Notes under the pieces: model-generated
The model's database searches: none
Told to the model about the DNA's origin: nothing
Seen by the model: only the letters and a program-made list of their open reading frames with translations
IMG/VR virus record: IMGVR_UViG_3300013014_001174
Span: 1-64,000 of that record
DNA: 64,000 bases
Origin: a virus
Strand: one strand, 5' to 3'
Position numbers and translations under genes: made by a program
In this document: positions 31,382-42,512 of the stretch, one piece after another
How positions within the stretch are numbered: position 1 is the stretch's first letter
Layout: each line of letters starts with the position of its first letter

Positions 31382-33001
31382 TTATTTTATTTTAGTCATT
31401 AAGTCTTTCATTCGTAAAAACTGTGGATTTTCATACGTTTTTGATTCAATCAAATTTGCAGCAGATCCAGTAGATGGAGTAATTTCTACTCTTCTTTGTA
31501 CTGATTCTGTGATTGTATTTTCACTAGCTTTTGGCGAGTCTAACTCTGACTTAAGTGTTCTGTAAAGATTTTTAGATTCTTTTAAAGTTTCAGCGTTGTC
31601 AAATCTTCTAAGAATATTAATCTTTTCTTGTTTAGTTGTTGAATGCTCCGTGAATAACCTAGTAGCGTACGCAAGGTTTGAATTAAATACTGCAACTTCA
31701 TTTAATTTAGTTCTAAACAAATCAAGTGCTTTTCTGTATTCATCATTTTTACCTCTTAGTAATTCAAGTTCTCTTTTATTTTCCAATGTAAGATTTCGAT
31801 TAGGTGTAATACCTTTTCTTAATCCTCTTCCAGATTTTGAACCATTACCATAAGTTCTTGAAGCTTCTTTTGTTTCCATTTTAGAAGGTTTTACATTAAA
31901 ATCCCCCTTTAAATTTTCACCCTCTTTATATTCAAATTTTGGTCTACCAGTACCCATAGTTTTGTTGGCAGTTTTCTTAACTGTTTTAAATCCACCATCC
32001 ATGTTTGGTTTTTTACTCATTCGATATTTTGAAGCGTTGCCCATTCCAACACCTTTTGCTTTGAATCCTTTAGCTTCCATCATTGAGTGATATTTTTCTT
32101 CATTAGAAAAATCCTCTTCATCAAATTCAAACTTATGTGTTTTACTTCCATCAAACATACCGTCTTCCTCATCTAATTCTAATTCATAGATGTTTTCTTC
32201 TACTGGTCTAGAAAATTCTTCACCATTATCCATAGTGATTTTATCTTCTTCTTCACCCAAAGACATATAGTCAAATTCATCATCAAAACCTTCTTCATCA
32301 TCAAATTCATTAGATTTAAATTTACTGGCCATCGGATCTTGATTAAGCATTCCTTTTTCTCTAATACCCATATCCAATTTGTTCATAGGCATATAGTCAC
32401 CAAATTCGTCTTCTTCTTCATCATCCTCGTCTTCAAAATCAAAAGATAAATTTTCAAAATCATCTTCATCTTCATCATCATCAAAATGATGTGAATACAT
32501 ATCAAATTCAGATTTACCAAATTCTTTTAATTCACTATCATCCATCATTGATTCAGAAAGTTGGATAATGTATTCTGCGTTGTTTTCGTTATCGGATAAA
32601 TGTATCATATTATCATCTCTTTTTACTATAACACCATCGTTATCACCCATCGCTCTAAATACTCTTAATACTTCAGAGTCAGATGCTTGGGTTAAATCAA
32701 CTGTGTCATCATCGGAAGGCATTACTTCTTGACCCATCATTTCTTCATCACCCATATTATCTATGGCGTATTCATCGTCATCAGTAAATTCTTCATTATC
32801 AGTATCCGTGTCCTCAATGTCCACCTCAACTTCTTCTTCATCCTCAACCTCATCTTGTTCTTTTAGAGATTCTTTTACTAATGAATTGATTTCTTCCCTC
32901 ATTGTTGATGAAAGTATTCCTTGTGCGTTTCTTTGTAAAGACTCTTCCAAATTCTTAATCTGGAATAATGCGTCTTCTACTTCTCTTTGATTTTTTGCCA
33001 T
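31382..33001 (-). CDS. Prohead core/scaffold protein (gp22-like), highly acidic
   Basis: Between protease and capsid genes; acidic; coiled-coil C-terminus. Confidence 0.7.
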   Translation of the reverse strand: MAKNQREVEDALFQIKNLEESLQRNAQGILSSTMREEINSLVKESLKEQDEVEDEEEVEVDIEDTDTDNEEFTDDDEYAIDNMGDEEMMGQEVMPSDDDTVDLTQASDSEVLRVFRAMGDNDGVIVKRDDNMIHLSDNENNAEYIIQLSESMMDDSELKEFGKSEFDMYSHHFDDDEDEDDFENLSFDFEDEDDEEEDEFGDYMPMNKLDMGIREKGMLNQDPMASKFKSNEFDDEEGFDDEFDYMSLGEEEDKITMDNGEEFSRPVEENIYELELDEEDGMFDGSKTHKFEFDEEDFSNEEKYHSMMEAKGFKAKGVGMGNASKYRMSKKPNMDGGFKTVKKTANKTMGTGRPKFEYKEGENLKGDFNVKPSKMETKEASRTYGNGSKSGRGLRKGITPNRNLTLENKRELELLRGKNDEYRKALDLFRTKLNEVAVFNSNLAYATRLFTEHSTTKQEKINILRRFDNAETLKESKNLYRTLKSELDSPKASENTITESVQRRVEITPSTGSAANLIESKTYENPQFLRMKDLMTKIK

Positions 33002-33122
33002 TTTTATTTTTTTGACTTTATTCAAATAAATACACAGGTTTTTGAAAAAGTTTAATTTTAGACAATAAAAAAAGGGAACAACTAATGTTATTCCCTTTTT
33101 ATGAAAAAATATTTTTTAAATT

Positions 33123-33338
33123 TTACTCTATTACTTCATCAATTTTACTTTCTGTTATTGAGGTAATCCTCCAGTCCATTGTGTAGTTTTCATAGATTTT
33201 TGTCACTTTTGCCTCAACATCCGTTGGTGTGTACCCTAAAACTAATTTTTCTTCTTTTACTTTTTTTACTCTCCCAGATTCTGAATCTAACAAATCTGAT
33301 GTAATCTTTGCTACAAAATATTTTTCTCCTTGTTCCAT
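33123..33338 (-). CDS. Hypothetical protein
   Basis: 71-aa ORF followed by a terminator at about 33067-33100. Confidence 0.7.
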   Translation of the reverse strand: MEQGEKYFVAKITSDLLDSESGRVKKVKEEKLVLGYTPTDVEAKVTKIYENYTMDWRITSITESKIDEVIE

Positions 33339-33346
33339 AATTTTTT

Positions 33347-34063
33347 TTATTTACTCAAATAATCGGATAATCTTTTCATTAAGTCAAGAGATTTGTTTCC
33401 GGATTCACCAACATTTCTTTCTACAGTCATTCTTTTTTCTTCTTCTAAATTTTCATCAAACTTAAATCTATCATTTTTATCTAAAAATAAATAAGCTCCC
33501 GGTGTTGATGGAGAAGATACAAGATCAAAACAAATTAATTCAAAATCATCTTGTACTTCATTTTGTTCGCCAACTTTTTTTAACGACCCAACACCGCGAG
33601 AAGATATACCTAATGTTACACCTTGACGTAAGTAATTTGCTGCCATATCACCTTTTGTTGATACAATACCTCTTTCGTGAAAACCTGGTGATGTTAATAG
33701 TTTTAGTTTGCCTAATAATATCGGACCATCCCACCAAACTTCAGTTATCATATGGGATACACGATCAAGATCAATAAGTGAAGATTCTGGGTGATTAAGT
33801 TCTGAAAGAGATGTTCCTTTCTCAATCATTTTTTTATAATTTTCCGCTTCTCTTTTTAATATCTTTTCTGGGTAAACTCTACCATTTCTATTTGGGGTGT
33901 CATATTTTTGTAATACAGCATAAAACTCAAAAGGTTTTGAATGGTCCAAAAAGTTTTGAGATTCCATAATGTAATGATTGTTTTGTGATTTTGGATTTAT
34001 ATATCCAGCATCGTATTCGATAAGGATTCCTTTACCAGTTTCGTTTGGTCCTAAAATTTTCAT
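33347..34063 (-). CDS. Prohead core protease (T4 gp21-like)
   Basis: NRNGRVYP, ELNHP, DRVSH, GISSRGVGS, DLVSSPS. Confidence 0.92.
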   Translation of the reverse strand: MKILGPNETGKGILIEYDAGYINPKSQNNHYIMESQNFLDHSKPFEFYAVLQKYDTPNRNGRVYPEKILKREAENYKKMIEKGTSLSELNHPESSLIDLDRVSHMITEVWWDGPILLGKLKLLTSPGFHERGIVSTKGDMAANYLRQGVTLGISSRGVGSLKKVGEQNEVQDDFELICFDLVSSPSTPGAYLFLDKNDRFKFDENLEEEKRMTVERNVGESGNKSLDLMKRLSDYLSK

Positions 34064-34085
34064 ATTTAAATTTTTATTATAAATA

Positions 34086-34553
34086 TTAAACTTTTTCGGT
34101 TTTTACTTTTAAAGGTTTGGTATTTCCGTTTTTTGTTAGATAAAATTTGAAATTATCATTCTTGCTAAATACGTCTAAATAAATTTCTTTGGTAATATTT
34201 TTTAAGTATTTTTTTAATTTAGTGGATTTAAAATCAATCTCTTGTGTTAAATATAAATTTATTTCTAAATTCATAAAAGATTTTTTTTTCATCTGTAAAC
34301 CACTTGTTCTTAAATCCAAATCCACTATAAATTTATCATCAAAAAGTTCTTTGTTTATGTTATTGAAAACTGAATGTTTTACACTTCTATTCATATTCAG
34401 AACAACTCTTGCCCAGTTTTCTGATTCTTTTTTGGGCTCTACCCAGGATTGTATGTTCAAATAAAGTGATTTGAATTCTTTGGAATCTACTGTTCCGTAA
34501 CTTACTTTGGATGTTCTAAATCCGTTAATTTTTGAGGTTTTTCCCTTTTTCAT
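34086..34553 (-). CDS. Hypothetical protein
   Basis: 155-aa ORF in the head module. Confidence 0.7.
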   Translation of the reverse strand: MKKGKTSKINGFRTSKVSYGTVDSKEFKSLYLNIQSWVEPKKESENWARVVLNMNRSVKHSVFNNINKELFDDKFIVDLDLRTSGLQMKKKSFMNLEINLYLTQEIDFKSTKLKKYLKNITKEIYLDVFSKNDNFKFYLTKNGNTKPLKVKTEKV

Positions 34554-34635
34554 AAAAATTTTTCATAATCTCAATGTTTATTTTAGTAAAGTTTACGTAA
34601 TTTTGTAATATATATCAAATATAATAAAATCATTT

Positions 34636-34821
34636 ATGTTAATAGTACAAGTAAAAAAAAACGATATTGAAAAAGCCTTAAAGGAATTAAAAAGTAAGGT
34701 AATTAGAACTAGACAAAATTCACATCTTAATTATAGAAAAGAATATACAAAAAAGTCTGTCGAAAAAAGACAGACTTTACAAAAGGCTATTTATATACAA
34801 AGACTTAAGAATTTAGATTAA
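34636..34821 (+). CDS. rpsU: Ribosomal protein bS21 (phage-encoded)
   Basis: 61-aa basic protein: MLIVQVK..DIEKALK.LK.K...R.EYTKKSV.KR....KAIY. Confidence 0.85.
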   Translation: MLIVQVKKNDIEKALKELKSKVIRTRQNSHLNYRKEYTKKSVEKRQTLQKAIYIQRLKNLD

Positions 34822-35534
34822 ATACTTCTATTTAGTTCTTGCAGTTTAAAAAATGAAATTCTATCAAAATTTTCATTTTGTAGTCTATTTAATGTTTCCT
34901 CAATTGTTTTAAGAACTTCAGTGTCAGCTTCATTTTTTTTGATGTTTTCCAATTTATCAACAACATCTTCTTTTAATAGTTCATATTTTAACTTTAATTT
35001 ATTTTCATCTTCTGATAAAATTTTTGTTAAAGTTTTTTTACTTTCTTCATTTAATGAATTAATAAAATTATTTAATGTTTTATTAGCGACATTTACTAAT
35101 TTTTCTATAGGTAAACTTTTTATAGTTTTTATTTGTTCCGGAGATTGTTTTAAATTTTCAAGAATAATTTTTTTACTTTTAACTTTATTTTCTAGTGTTA
35201 AAACACTTGTTGAAAACAAGTTATCTAAATTTTCATAATTATTTTTAGATTTAATGTGTCCGACCCATAAATTTAATTCATCCAAGTTTTTCTTGGTAAT
35301 TTTATTAATTGTATTTTCATATACAACCATAGATTGATTTATTAGCTCTGTTGCAATAGATTCATTTAAACCTTTATTACTTGATAATTCATCGTATAAA
35401 TAATAAAGTTTACTAATATTTTTATTCTCTAAAACTAATTCGTTAAAAACAAATAATGTGTTTTTAAAAGAATTTTTCTTGTATGACTCTGTAAGTAGTT
35501 TTTCAATCTTACTTTTTATTAAACCAAATTTCAT
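34818..35534 (-). CDS. Hypothetical head-module protein
   Basis: 238-aa ORF downstream of portal. Confidence 0.7.
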   Translation of the reverse strand: MKFGLIKSKIEKLLTESYKKNSFKNTLFVFNELVLENKNISKLYYLYDELSSNKGLNESIATELINQSMVVYENTINKITKKNLDELNLWVGHIKSKNNYENLDNLFSTSVLTLENKVKSKKIILENLKQSPEQIKTIKSLPIEKLVNVANKTLNNFINSLNEESKKTLTKILSEDENKLKLKYELLKEDVVDKLENIKKNEADTEVLKTIEETLNRLQNENFDRISFFKLQELNRSI

Positions 35535-35557
35535 AATTATTTTTAATTATAAATATA

Positions 35558-37336
35558 TCAATCTTTAAGTATTTTTAATAATTCATCTTCGATAGCACCA
35601 AGAGAACTATTTTTTATTATAAAATCATCATCATTTGATTCTAATAATAGATTCTCCAATTTAGCTCTACTTTCTGGCAAACCACCTAAATCACCTCCCG
35701 CTGGTGGTGATGGTGGCCCTGAAGGTGGTGCTCCTCCTGCAGGTGGTGCTCCTCCTGCGGCTTCACCACCTTCGGTTGTTCCGCTTATAGTTTTATATAA
35801 TCTATCAATATTATCAAATAATCCGGTGTGAGTAATGATTGTTGCGGTATTTGCAAGTTCTGCAGCAACAGCTCTTTCCATTCTTTGTCTTTGAGTGTCA
35901 AGTTTAATATCTTCATCTGAAAAACCAAAAATATGTTTTTTTGCCCACGTTGCTGAAGTTGGTGCCAATGTATTTGGAATTTCTGTAACCATATCTTTAT
36001 ACAATGTTACTTTTTCTTTCCACACATCAACCATTAAAAGATCGGCTTGTTTTGACGGATTATTTAAACCTAATGTAAAGTTCTGTAACTCATCTTCAAA
36101 ACCTAATAAGAATAAATGAATTATTGCAACTTTATTTAATTCTGATAAAATATTTTTTTGTATTCTATTAATTGTTCTTGCAAAACGGATATCAAGTAAC
36201 GATAAGTTTTTACCATCACCAACAACCTCTTCAAAACCAAGGTATGCTTTAGGTATTCTTAATGCTGTTACCAATTTCTTTTGGATGTACTCAATATCGG
36301 CGATTTCAGATAGATTTGTTCCACCTGGTAAAGTTTCAATTGGCATTGTTTGTGTTGCATCTCTTACTGGAATAAAATAATCTTGGTCAACAGCCATTTG
36401 GTTAAATCTTAAATCGACATTACCTGTTTTATGGTCAACAACTTGATCTCTTTTAAATTTATTGGCAACACGTTGTACATATGGTTCAACGTCTTTATCA
36501 TCCATATTTCCAACAAATACCTTAAATACCCTTCTTTCTGGTGCTCTTGATGTACGATAAATTAACATCGCATCTTCAGCCAAAACCAATTGTTTCCAAA
36601 TTCTTCTTGCTTTTTCAAGCATAGATGTACCATAAGGAAGTTTTCTATCATCACCAAGTAATCTAAAGTGTGCGATTTCAAAAGTATTAAAAGACATATT
36701 CTTTTCTTTCCAATTAAATCTTAAACCTTTTTCTGCTGGGTTATTTTCAGAATTTGCCGTTTTTGGGGTCATTCCCCTTTCTAATCTTTCAATCTCAATG
36801 TTTGGTAATTGTACACCACCAATAATTCCTTTTTCTGGGTCTAATTTTAGATATACAAAGTTATCACCATACTTACAAGTGTTTCTAATCCACATTTGTA
36901 AGTTTGTGTTAATATCTAATGTGTTATTAAATAAATCTGCAAGAATTCCTTTTATTCTTTTTGATTCAGAATATATTTGTAAAATATGTCCGTCTTCATT
37001 TGGGGTTGTAGATTCTTCAGCGTATATATCAAGTGCTGTTGAAATCTCTGGTGTAAACTCCATAGATTCGTAATCATAAAATGCCGCTAGTCTTGTTGGT
37101 TCATAATAAATTGCCTGAGTATATAGGTTACTTTCTATTTTTTGCCATTGATTTGATAAATATAGTGTTTGTTGAGCTTGGAGTTTTTCCTTCTCAAATT
37201 CATTTTTATCTCTTGTTTTTAACAGGTCTTGTTTACTAAACTTATGTGTTGGTACATCTTGCCCTAATAATGAATTAGGACCAAATGCTTTATTAAGTCT
37301 TTGCCAAACTGTAAGTTGATTTGTATTTTGTTCCAT
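35558..37336 (-). CDS. Portal protein (T4 gp20-like)
   Basis: EDAMLIYRTSRAPERRVFKV.VGNM, DYFIPVR, ETLPGG.NL, ALRIPK. Confidence 0.93.
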   Translation of the reverse strand: MEQNTNQLTVWQRLNKAFGPNSLLGQDVPTHKFSKQDLLKTRDKNEFEKEKLQAQQTLYLSNQWQKIESNLYTQAIYYEPTRLAAFYDYESMEFTPEISTALDIYAEESTTPNEDGHILQIYSESKRIKGILADLFNNTLDINTNLQMWIRNTCKYGDNFVYLKLDPEKGIIGGVQLPNIEIERLERGMTPKTANSENNPAEKGLRFNWKEKNMSFNTFEIAHFRLLGDDRKLPYGTSMLEKARRIWKQLVLAEDAMLIYRTSRAPERRVFKVFVGNMDDKDVEPYVQRVANKFKRDQVVDHKTGNVDLRFNQMAVDQDYFIPVRDATQTMPIETLPGGTNLSEIADIEYIQKKLVTALRIPKAYLGFEEVVGDGKNLSLLDIRFARTINRIQKNILSELNKVAIIHLFLLGFEDELQNFTLGLNNPSKQADLLMVDVWKEKVTLYKDMVTEIPNTLAPTSATWAKKHIFGFSDEDIKLDTQRQRMERAVAAELANTATIITHTGLFDNIDRLYKTISGTTEGGEAAGGAPPAGGAPPSGPPSPPAGGDLGGLPESRAKLENLLLESNDDDFIIKNSSLGAIEDELLKILKD

Positions 37337-37376
37337 AATAGAAGTTTAATTTATAATTATCAAATATAAATATTCA

Positions 37377-37646
37377 TTAGTATATAATGTTTTCACCACT
37401 TTCTGTTAGTATTACTTCTTGTAGTTCTGTTAGAATATAAAAAGTATCAACTACTGGTGTTGGGGTTGGTGTCGGCGCTGGGGGTTGACTTGGTTGTGGG
37501 ATTTCTCTAAAAGTGTCTTTTGGTGTTCCTCTTTTATATTGAAAAGTTGGGGGAAAATTTTTTACAGAATATATTGGTTGGTCAGGTACTATTAAATTAG
37601 CACCACCAAATATTCTACCCGAAGTTTTTCTTCTATCTAAACCCAT
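37377..37646 (-). CDS. Hypothetical Pro-rich protein
   Basis: 89-aa ORF between terminase and portal. Confidence 0.6.
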   Translation of the reverse strand: MGLDRRKTSGRIFGGANLIVPDQPIYSVKNFPPTFQYKRGTPKDTFREIPQPSQPPAPTPTPTPVVDTFYILTELQEVILTESGENIIY

Positions 37647-37654
37647 AATAATAA

Positions 37655-39427
37655 TTATCTTTTACCACCAAATAACCAACCGTATTTCATATAATCATCT
37701 TTTGATGGTCCAGAATTCATTTTCATTCTTTCATTAAGCATATTACCATTTGGTATCATTGGGTCAAAATGAATTTGTTTACCAACAGAATCATTGTTTG
37801 CAACCGTCCAAGAGTCTATCATTACTTTTGTTTTTTCAACAACCTTTTCAAGTTTTGAGAATGAAGATTCGCCAACATAGATTGCAATTGAAATCCCCAT
37901 AATAAGGTCATCGTGTTGACCCCTTTGATGATCCGGTCTTCCATTTACATAAACAAAAGTGTTCATCTCGTTGTATAACCGAACACTTTTAATTTTAAAT
38001 TTATGTCTAACATACTCTTCAAACGCCGCAATAATTTGAACACGTTTATTATTAAAATTTATTCCAGGAATTTTATCTTGATTTTTTGGGTTATAAGACC
38101 AAATATTTGTAGAATCAACACCATCAATATATAAATTTTTATATCCAAGTTCCTGCATTTTTCTAACAGTTGTAATACCCATACCACCGGTGATATCAAC
38201 AACACAAAATGCATTATACATTAATCCCCATTTAAAGGCTATTTCAGCTAATGCGTCTGGGGGTATCTTCCCAACATATTCTAAAACTTGTTCTCTTTCA
38301 TCAAAATCAATTATTTGTATAGTTGAGAAGTCTTCACTATCCCCACGAGATACGTCAACACCCATAATGTATTTATGACCTTGCTCTGGTTCTTTCCACA
38401 TCCACAAAGAATTTCCCATCATTTTATTTGGAGCGTCTTGTACTGTATTTGTTTTTATCCATTCAAGTTCTTTAGAATCAAATACGTTATCACCCGATCC
38501 TAGAAATTCACAGTTAAGCTCTTGGTTAATTTTACGTTTATCGTATTTTAACTTTTTAACCATTTTTTCATACCAAGTAGAGCAAGGTTTGTATCCTTGT
38601 GAGAAATATTCTTTTATTTTATCATAGTCTCTTTCGTATGGGTCAGTATCGGCAAATGATATATTTTTAGAATGGTCTTTTTCATCTTTATTTAGTAGAT
38701 AATCAACCATATCATCAGTTGGTACCAAATATAGGTCTTTTGAATATCTTGGGTCTTTCCACCAAAACATTTCAGAAATTTTAAAGTTGTTAATTCCTTT
38801 AACAGCTTGACTATAAACATCATGATAAATTGGGTCATATCCGTTTGGTGTGGAAACAACAATTACTTTACCCCCCGTAGAAAGGGATGCCATACAAGCA
38901 GCCCAGAAATCACCATCAGCTTCTATAAACGCGGCCTCATCAAATACAAGTACCGTAGGTGTGTAACCCCTCAAGGCATCGCGTGATGTTGCAACCGCTT
39001 TTACTTCACAACCATTTGTTAATTTATAATGTCTTTGCGAGTTTTTATCTACGGAAAATCCAGAACCAACCCATTTAGGCCATTGATCAACAAAAGCCCT
39101 AATCTTATTTGCCATCTCCATTGACGTATCAAGTTTGTTGGCAATAATCAATATTTTTTCTGGTTGTTCTTTTTTTGCAAATACAAGTCTTTTTGATATC
39201 CAAGCGGCTGTTACCGTTGACACACCAGCTTGACGGTATTTTAATGCGATATTTTCTTCGTAATCTTCATAATCTTTAAGAAGTGAAACTTGATCTGGGA
39301 ATAATTCCAAAGGGACATATCTTGATACGGTATTATCATATGTCTGTAAGTAGGTTCTTAATGCGTATGGCGTATCTTTCATACATCTTACATACTCAAG
39401 CATTATTTGTTCTTTTGATAAACTCAT
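37655..39427 (-). CDS. Terminase large subunit (T4 gp17-like)
   Basis: KYRQAGVST, VFDEAAF, STPNG, GVDVSRG, HDDLIM. Confidence 0.95.
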   Translation of the reverse strand: MSLSKEQIMLEYVRCMKDTPYALRTYLQTYDNTVSRYVPLELFPDQVSLLKDYEDYEENIALKYRQAGVSTVTAAWISKRLVFAKKEQPEKILIIANKLDTSMEMANKIRAFVDQWPKWVGSGFSVDKNSQRHYKLTNGCEVKAVATSRDALRGYTPTVLVFDEAAFIEADGDFWAACMASLSTGGKVIVVSTPNGYDPIYHDVYSQAVKGINNFKISEMFWWKDPRYSKDLYLVPTDDMVDYLLNKDEKDHSKNISFADTDPYERDYDKIKEYFSQGYKPCSTWYEKMVKKLKYDKRKINQELNCEFLGSGDNVFDSKELEWIKTNTVQDAPNKMMGNSLWMWKEPEQGHKYIMGVDVSRGDSEDFSTIQIIDFDEREQVLEYVGKIPPDALAEIAFKWGLMYNAFCVVDITGGMGITTVRKMQELGYKNLYIDGVDSTNIWSYNPKNQDKIPGINFNNKRVQIIAAFEEYVRHKFKIKSVRLYNEMNTFVYVNGRPDHQRGQHDDLIMGISIAIYVGESSFSKLEKVVEKTKVMIDSWTVANNDSVGKQIHFDPMIPNGNMLNERMKMNSGPSKDDYMKYGWLFGGKR

Positions 39428-39505
39428 AAAGATATTTTAATATAAATATCAAAACCCCCAGTTATTTTCATAAAAGGGGGTTTTGTAGTACAATATATTA
39501 TTTAA

Positions 39506-40888
39506 TTATAAACCTAGTCTTGTTAAAATATCATCATCTTCTTCATCATCGTCGTAGTCGTCATCATCGTCATCATCACCTTCTTTATATTTTTTGTAGT
39601 TAGCTTTTGCTTGTTGTAATAATTCATTAAATTTTTTAGTTGCTTTATCGTTATCCGACTTATCATCAGAAACAACATTTGCAATTACATCTTTTAAAAA
39701 TTCTTCAGCTGGAATACTATAAAGTAGCTGCTCAAAAAACGGAATATATTTTTTTCCTTCATTATCTAAAGTTAATTCGTCCGGAAGTAATGTCCTTAAT
39801 TTTCTTACAAGTTCACCACCAACACGGAAATTCATTGGTTCATTTTGCATTGTATCTGTTTGTGAAATAACTTGTGTTGCCATTTCTGGATCCATATCTT
39901 TCCATTGTGCTCTTGATTGTACCATTGAAAATGATTTAAACAATTCGTGAAGTAAGATTGGAAATATTACTCCGTTTGCGTAATATGTGTCATTATCATC
40001 TTGTTCTTCGCCACCTTCGTCGTCATCTTCATCTTCATCACTATTCGGTTCTGACATCTTACCCGCGGCACCAGCGGCATTTCCACCCAAAGCTTCAATT
40101 AAGTCCTCATCGGTAAAATACATTAAATCATTCGCACCCATAATCTTATTGTATAATGGATATAATCCTGGATCAATAGCATCTAACCTATCTTTAAACA
40201 TTTGATATGCAAATTGTCCACGTTTTCCTTTACCCATTATAATTGCATTGATAATGTTTCTTTTTTCAATCTCCAATTGTTTTTGTTCTTCTGGTGTTAA
40301 TTCATCAATATCAAAAGAAAAATTTGGAGGTAACGGTAGTTTTTGTTCTTTTTGTGATTTCATTTGGAATATACTTGGGTCAATTCTTTGTTCACCTAAA
40401 AACGTTAACATATTGACAAAGTCAAATTCATAAACAATCCCACCTTCTTTTCTATTTTTAACAACAAGACCTTCCTCAACAGCTTCTTCCATAGTTTTAT
40501 TATACGGCATCCACCCTTCTTCTTTTGCGGCAATCTCAACGGCTAAATCTCTTAATTGTTCACGGTAACGAGGTTCAATCTGCATAGCTTGTCTAACGGA
40601 TAATATTTGTTCCATTTGAATCGCTCTTTTTACTGTAGGCTCTGTTATATTCCTTTCAGTACTATAATACCTTTTGACGTAGTCAACAATCTCTTTAAAT
40701 CTTTTACCGGTAATTTTTTCAACATCTGAAACACCACCACGAAACCCTCTATTTTTTGCATAAAGCCCCTCTGGATCCTCAATTCTTTGTTGAGTCTTTG
40801 GGTCCATTCTTTCTGGATAATCACCATAATCAACTGGCGCTTCGTTAACTATTTTTCTTATAAGTCTTTCTATGTCTCTATTTCCCAT
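39506..40888 (-). CDS. Hypothetical protein, candidate internal head protein
   Basis: IERLIRKIVNE N-terminus; LLHELFK motif; acidic tail. Confidence 0.7.
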   Translation of the reverse strand: MGNRDIERLIRKIVNEAPVDYGDYPERMDPKTQQRIEDPEGLYAKNRGFRGGVSDVEKITGKRFKEIVDYVKRYYSTERNITEPTVKRAIQMEQILSVRQAMQIEPRYREQLRDLAVEIAAKEEGWMPYNKTMEEAVEEGLVVKNRKEGGIVYEFDFVNMLTFLGEQRIDPSIFQMKSQKEQKLPLPPNFSFDIDELTPEEQKQLEIEKRNIINAIIMGKGKRGQFAYQMFKDRLDAIDPGLYPLYNKIMGANDLMYFTDEDLIEALGGNAAGAAGKMSEPNSDEDEDDDEGGEEQDDNDTYYANGVIFPILLHELFKSFSMVQSRAQWKDMDPEMATQVISQTDTMQNEPMNFRVGGELVRKLRTLLPDELTLDNEGKKYIPFFEQLLYSIPAEEFLKDVIANVVSDDKSDNDKATKKFNELLQQAKANYKKYKEGDDDDDDDYDDDEEDDDILTRLGL

Positions 40889-40891
40889 TTT

Positions 40892-42115
40892 TTATTTATT
40901 TAAAATTGATTCTATTGCTGACATAAAGTCATTTTTTTGTTCTTCAGCTTTTGGTTGTTCTTTAACACCAGGATTTGGATCTCTGAATGGATTTTTTCTT
41001 GTTGGCGTTTTAGTTTTTTCCCTTTCCTTTGTTCTTTCTTTTTCCCTTGTGTTTGCTTTTGGTTGTTCCTTAACCCCTGGATTAGGATCTTTAAAAGGAT
41101 TTTTTCTTGTCGGTGTTTTAGTTCCCGGTTTAGTTTTAGTTTTTTCCTTTTCTTTTGTGTCTTCTTTCATTTCTTTAGATATACTAGTTAATCTCCCAAT
41201 TGGTAACTTCATTTTACCGTTTGGTTGAAACATAGTATTTTTTTTTGGATTGCTCAACATAAATTTTTCTGACTTATCAACTTTTTCTTGGATTGTTCTT
41301 AATAATTCACCTTTTGTCATACTAGGTTCAATATGTTTTTCAATCATATTGAATATTTGTTCTTCTAAATACTTTTCATAGTTTTCGTCTGTATTTTTTC
41401 TTTTTACAGTTTTTTCTGGGTGTTTTTTTTCTGGCATATCTTTATATTGTTTTTTTGATGTACTATCGGAAAATTCTTTAGCCATTTCACACCATTTCTT
41501 TTTCTTAACACCTTTACTTGTATTACATTTAGCCCAAAAGAATCCTTGTTGTGCTTTTGATTCAAATTTTTCTTTAATCTCTTCCTTAATAGCGGGACCC
41601 TTAGCGCCCGTAACAACCTGTACTTTATTTGTCCCTGGTTGTTTTCTAATCTCAACTCCACCAGTGGCAGGGTCGTTAGGTACTGCCATACCTTTACTTA
41701 AATCAGTATCATCTAAAGTTGTAATAGTTTGAGATACTTCTTGTGTTGTTGCTTCTTTAGTTTCTTTTGATTTTCCTTTAAATAAAGGTTTTGCTATTCT
41801 GTATAATTCCCCAGCCATTTTATTAAGTTTAGAACCATTTGGTGATTTTGCCCAATAAGCAAGTCCTTTAATTTTATCTAATACTTGTTCGTCAGAAAAA
41901 TCATCTGGATTGTCACCTAAACCTAAATCTATTTTATTATTTTTAATAAAAGCTTTCATAGCTTTTATAGAGTCTTTTTTTGCCTGCTCGACATCACCCA
42001 TAGGTTTAAAAAATTTTTCAGCTAATAATTTAACTTCGTTTGGTTTCATTTTAGAAATTGTACTGAAATGGATTCCATTTTCTAATAATATACTGACGTT
42101 TCTGTTAGTTTTCAT
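40892..42115 (-). CDS. Lys-rich hypothetical protein with internal duplication
   Basis: TKTPTRKNPF(K/R)DPNPGVKEQPKA occurs twice. Confidence 0.7.
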   Translation of the reverse strand: MKTNRNVSILLENGIHFSTISKMKPNEVKLLAEKFFKPMGDVEQAKKDSIKAMKAFIKNNKIDLGLGDNPDDFSDEQVLDKIKGLAYWAKSPNGSKLNKMAGELYRIAKPLFKGKSKETKEATTQEVSQTITTLDDTDLSKGMAVPNDPATGGVEIRKQPGTNKVQVVTGAKGPAIKEEIKEKFESKAQQGFFWAKCNTSKGVKKKKWCEMAKEFSDSTSKKQYKDMPEKKHPEKTVKRKNTDENYEKYLEEQIFNMIEKHIEPSMTKGELLRTIQEKVDKSEKFMLSNPKKNTMFQPNGKMKLPIGRLTSISKEMKEDTKEKEKTKTKPGTKTPTRKNPFKDPNPGVKEQPKANTREKERTKEREKTKTPTRKNPFRDPNPGVKEQPKAEEQKNDFMSAIESILNK

Positions 42116-42512
42116 AAACAACTTTTTTTTCAAATTGTAACACAAGATCTCTCTCGTATAATTTATCTTTTACATCCTGTTCTTGGTCCCCATATTTGAA
42201 AACCAATCTTTTAACCAATGAAAAATCAATTTCATCTTCTTTTTCCCAACCTAGGGCAATAACACCGTCAATTGAATCTTGAACCGAAAAAACATCTGAA
42301 TTTTGTACCAATTCCAATGTGATTTCATTGTGTGTTAATGTCCCAACTTTTTTTATATGTTCAACATCTGGTGGACTTGGGTATCCATTTGCTGGTCTTG
42401 CTTCCCAATTTTCACCCCAAACATCTTCCAAAGAGTCACTAAAAATAAATTCATAAATGTTTTCACCCTTATAGTTGGGTCCCAAACCATTTATGTATAA
42501 TAAGTAACTCAT
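42105..42512 (-). CDS. Hypothetical protein
   Basis: ORF coupled to both neighbours. Confidence 0.7.
   Translation of the reverse strand: MSYLLYINGLGPNYKGENIYEFIFSDSLEDVWGENWEARPANGYPSPPDVEHIKKVGTLTHNEITLELVQNSDVFSVQDSIDGVIALGWEKEDEIDFSLVKRLVFKYGDQEQDVKDKLYERDLVLQFEKKVVYEN

Noticed and set aside
40946-41123. DNA-level functional repeat
   Set aside because: In-frame peptide duplication with synonymous divergence; explained at the protein level.
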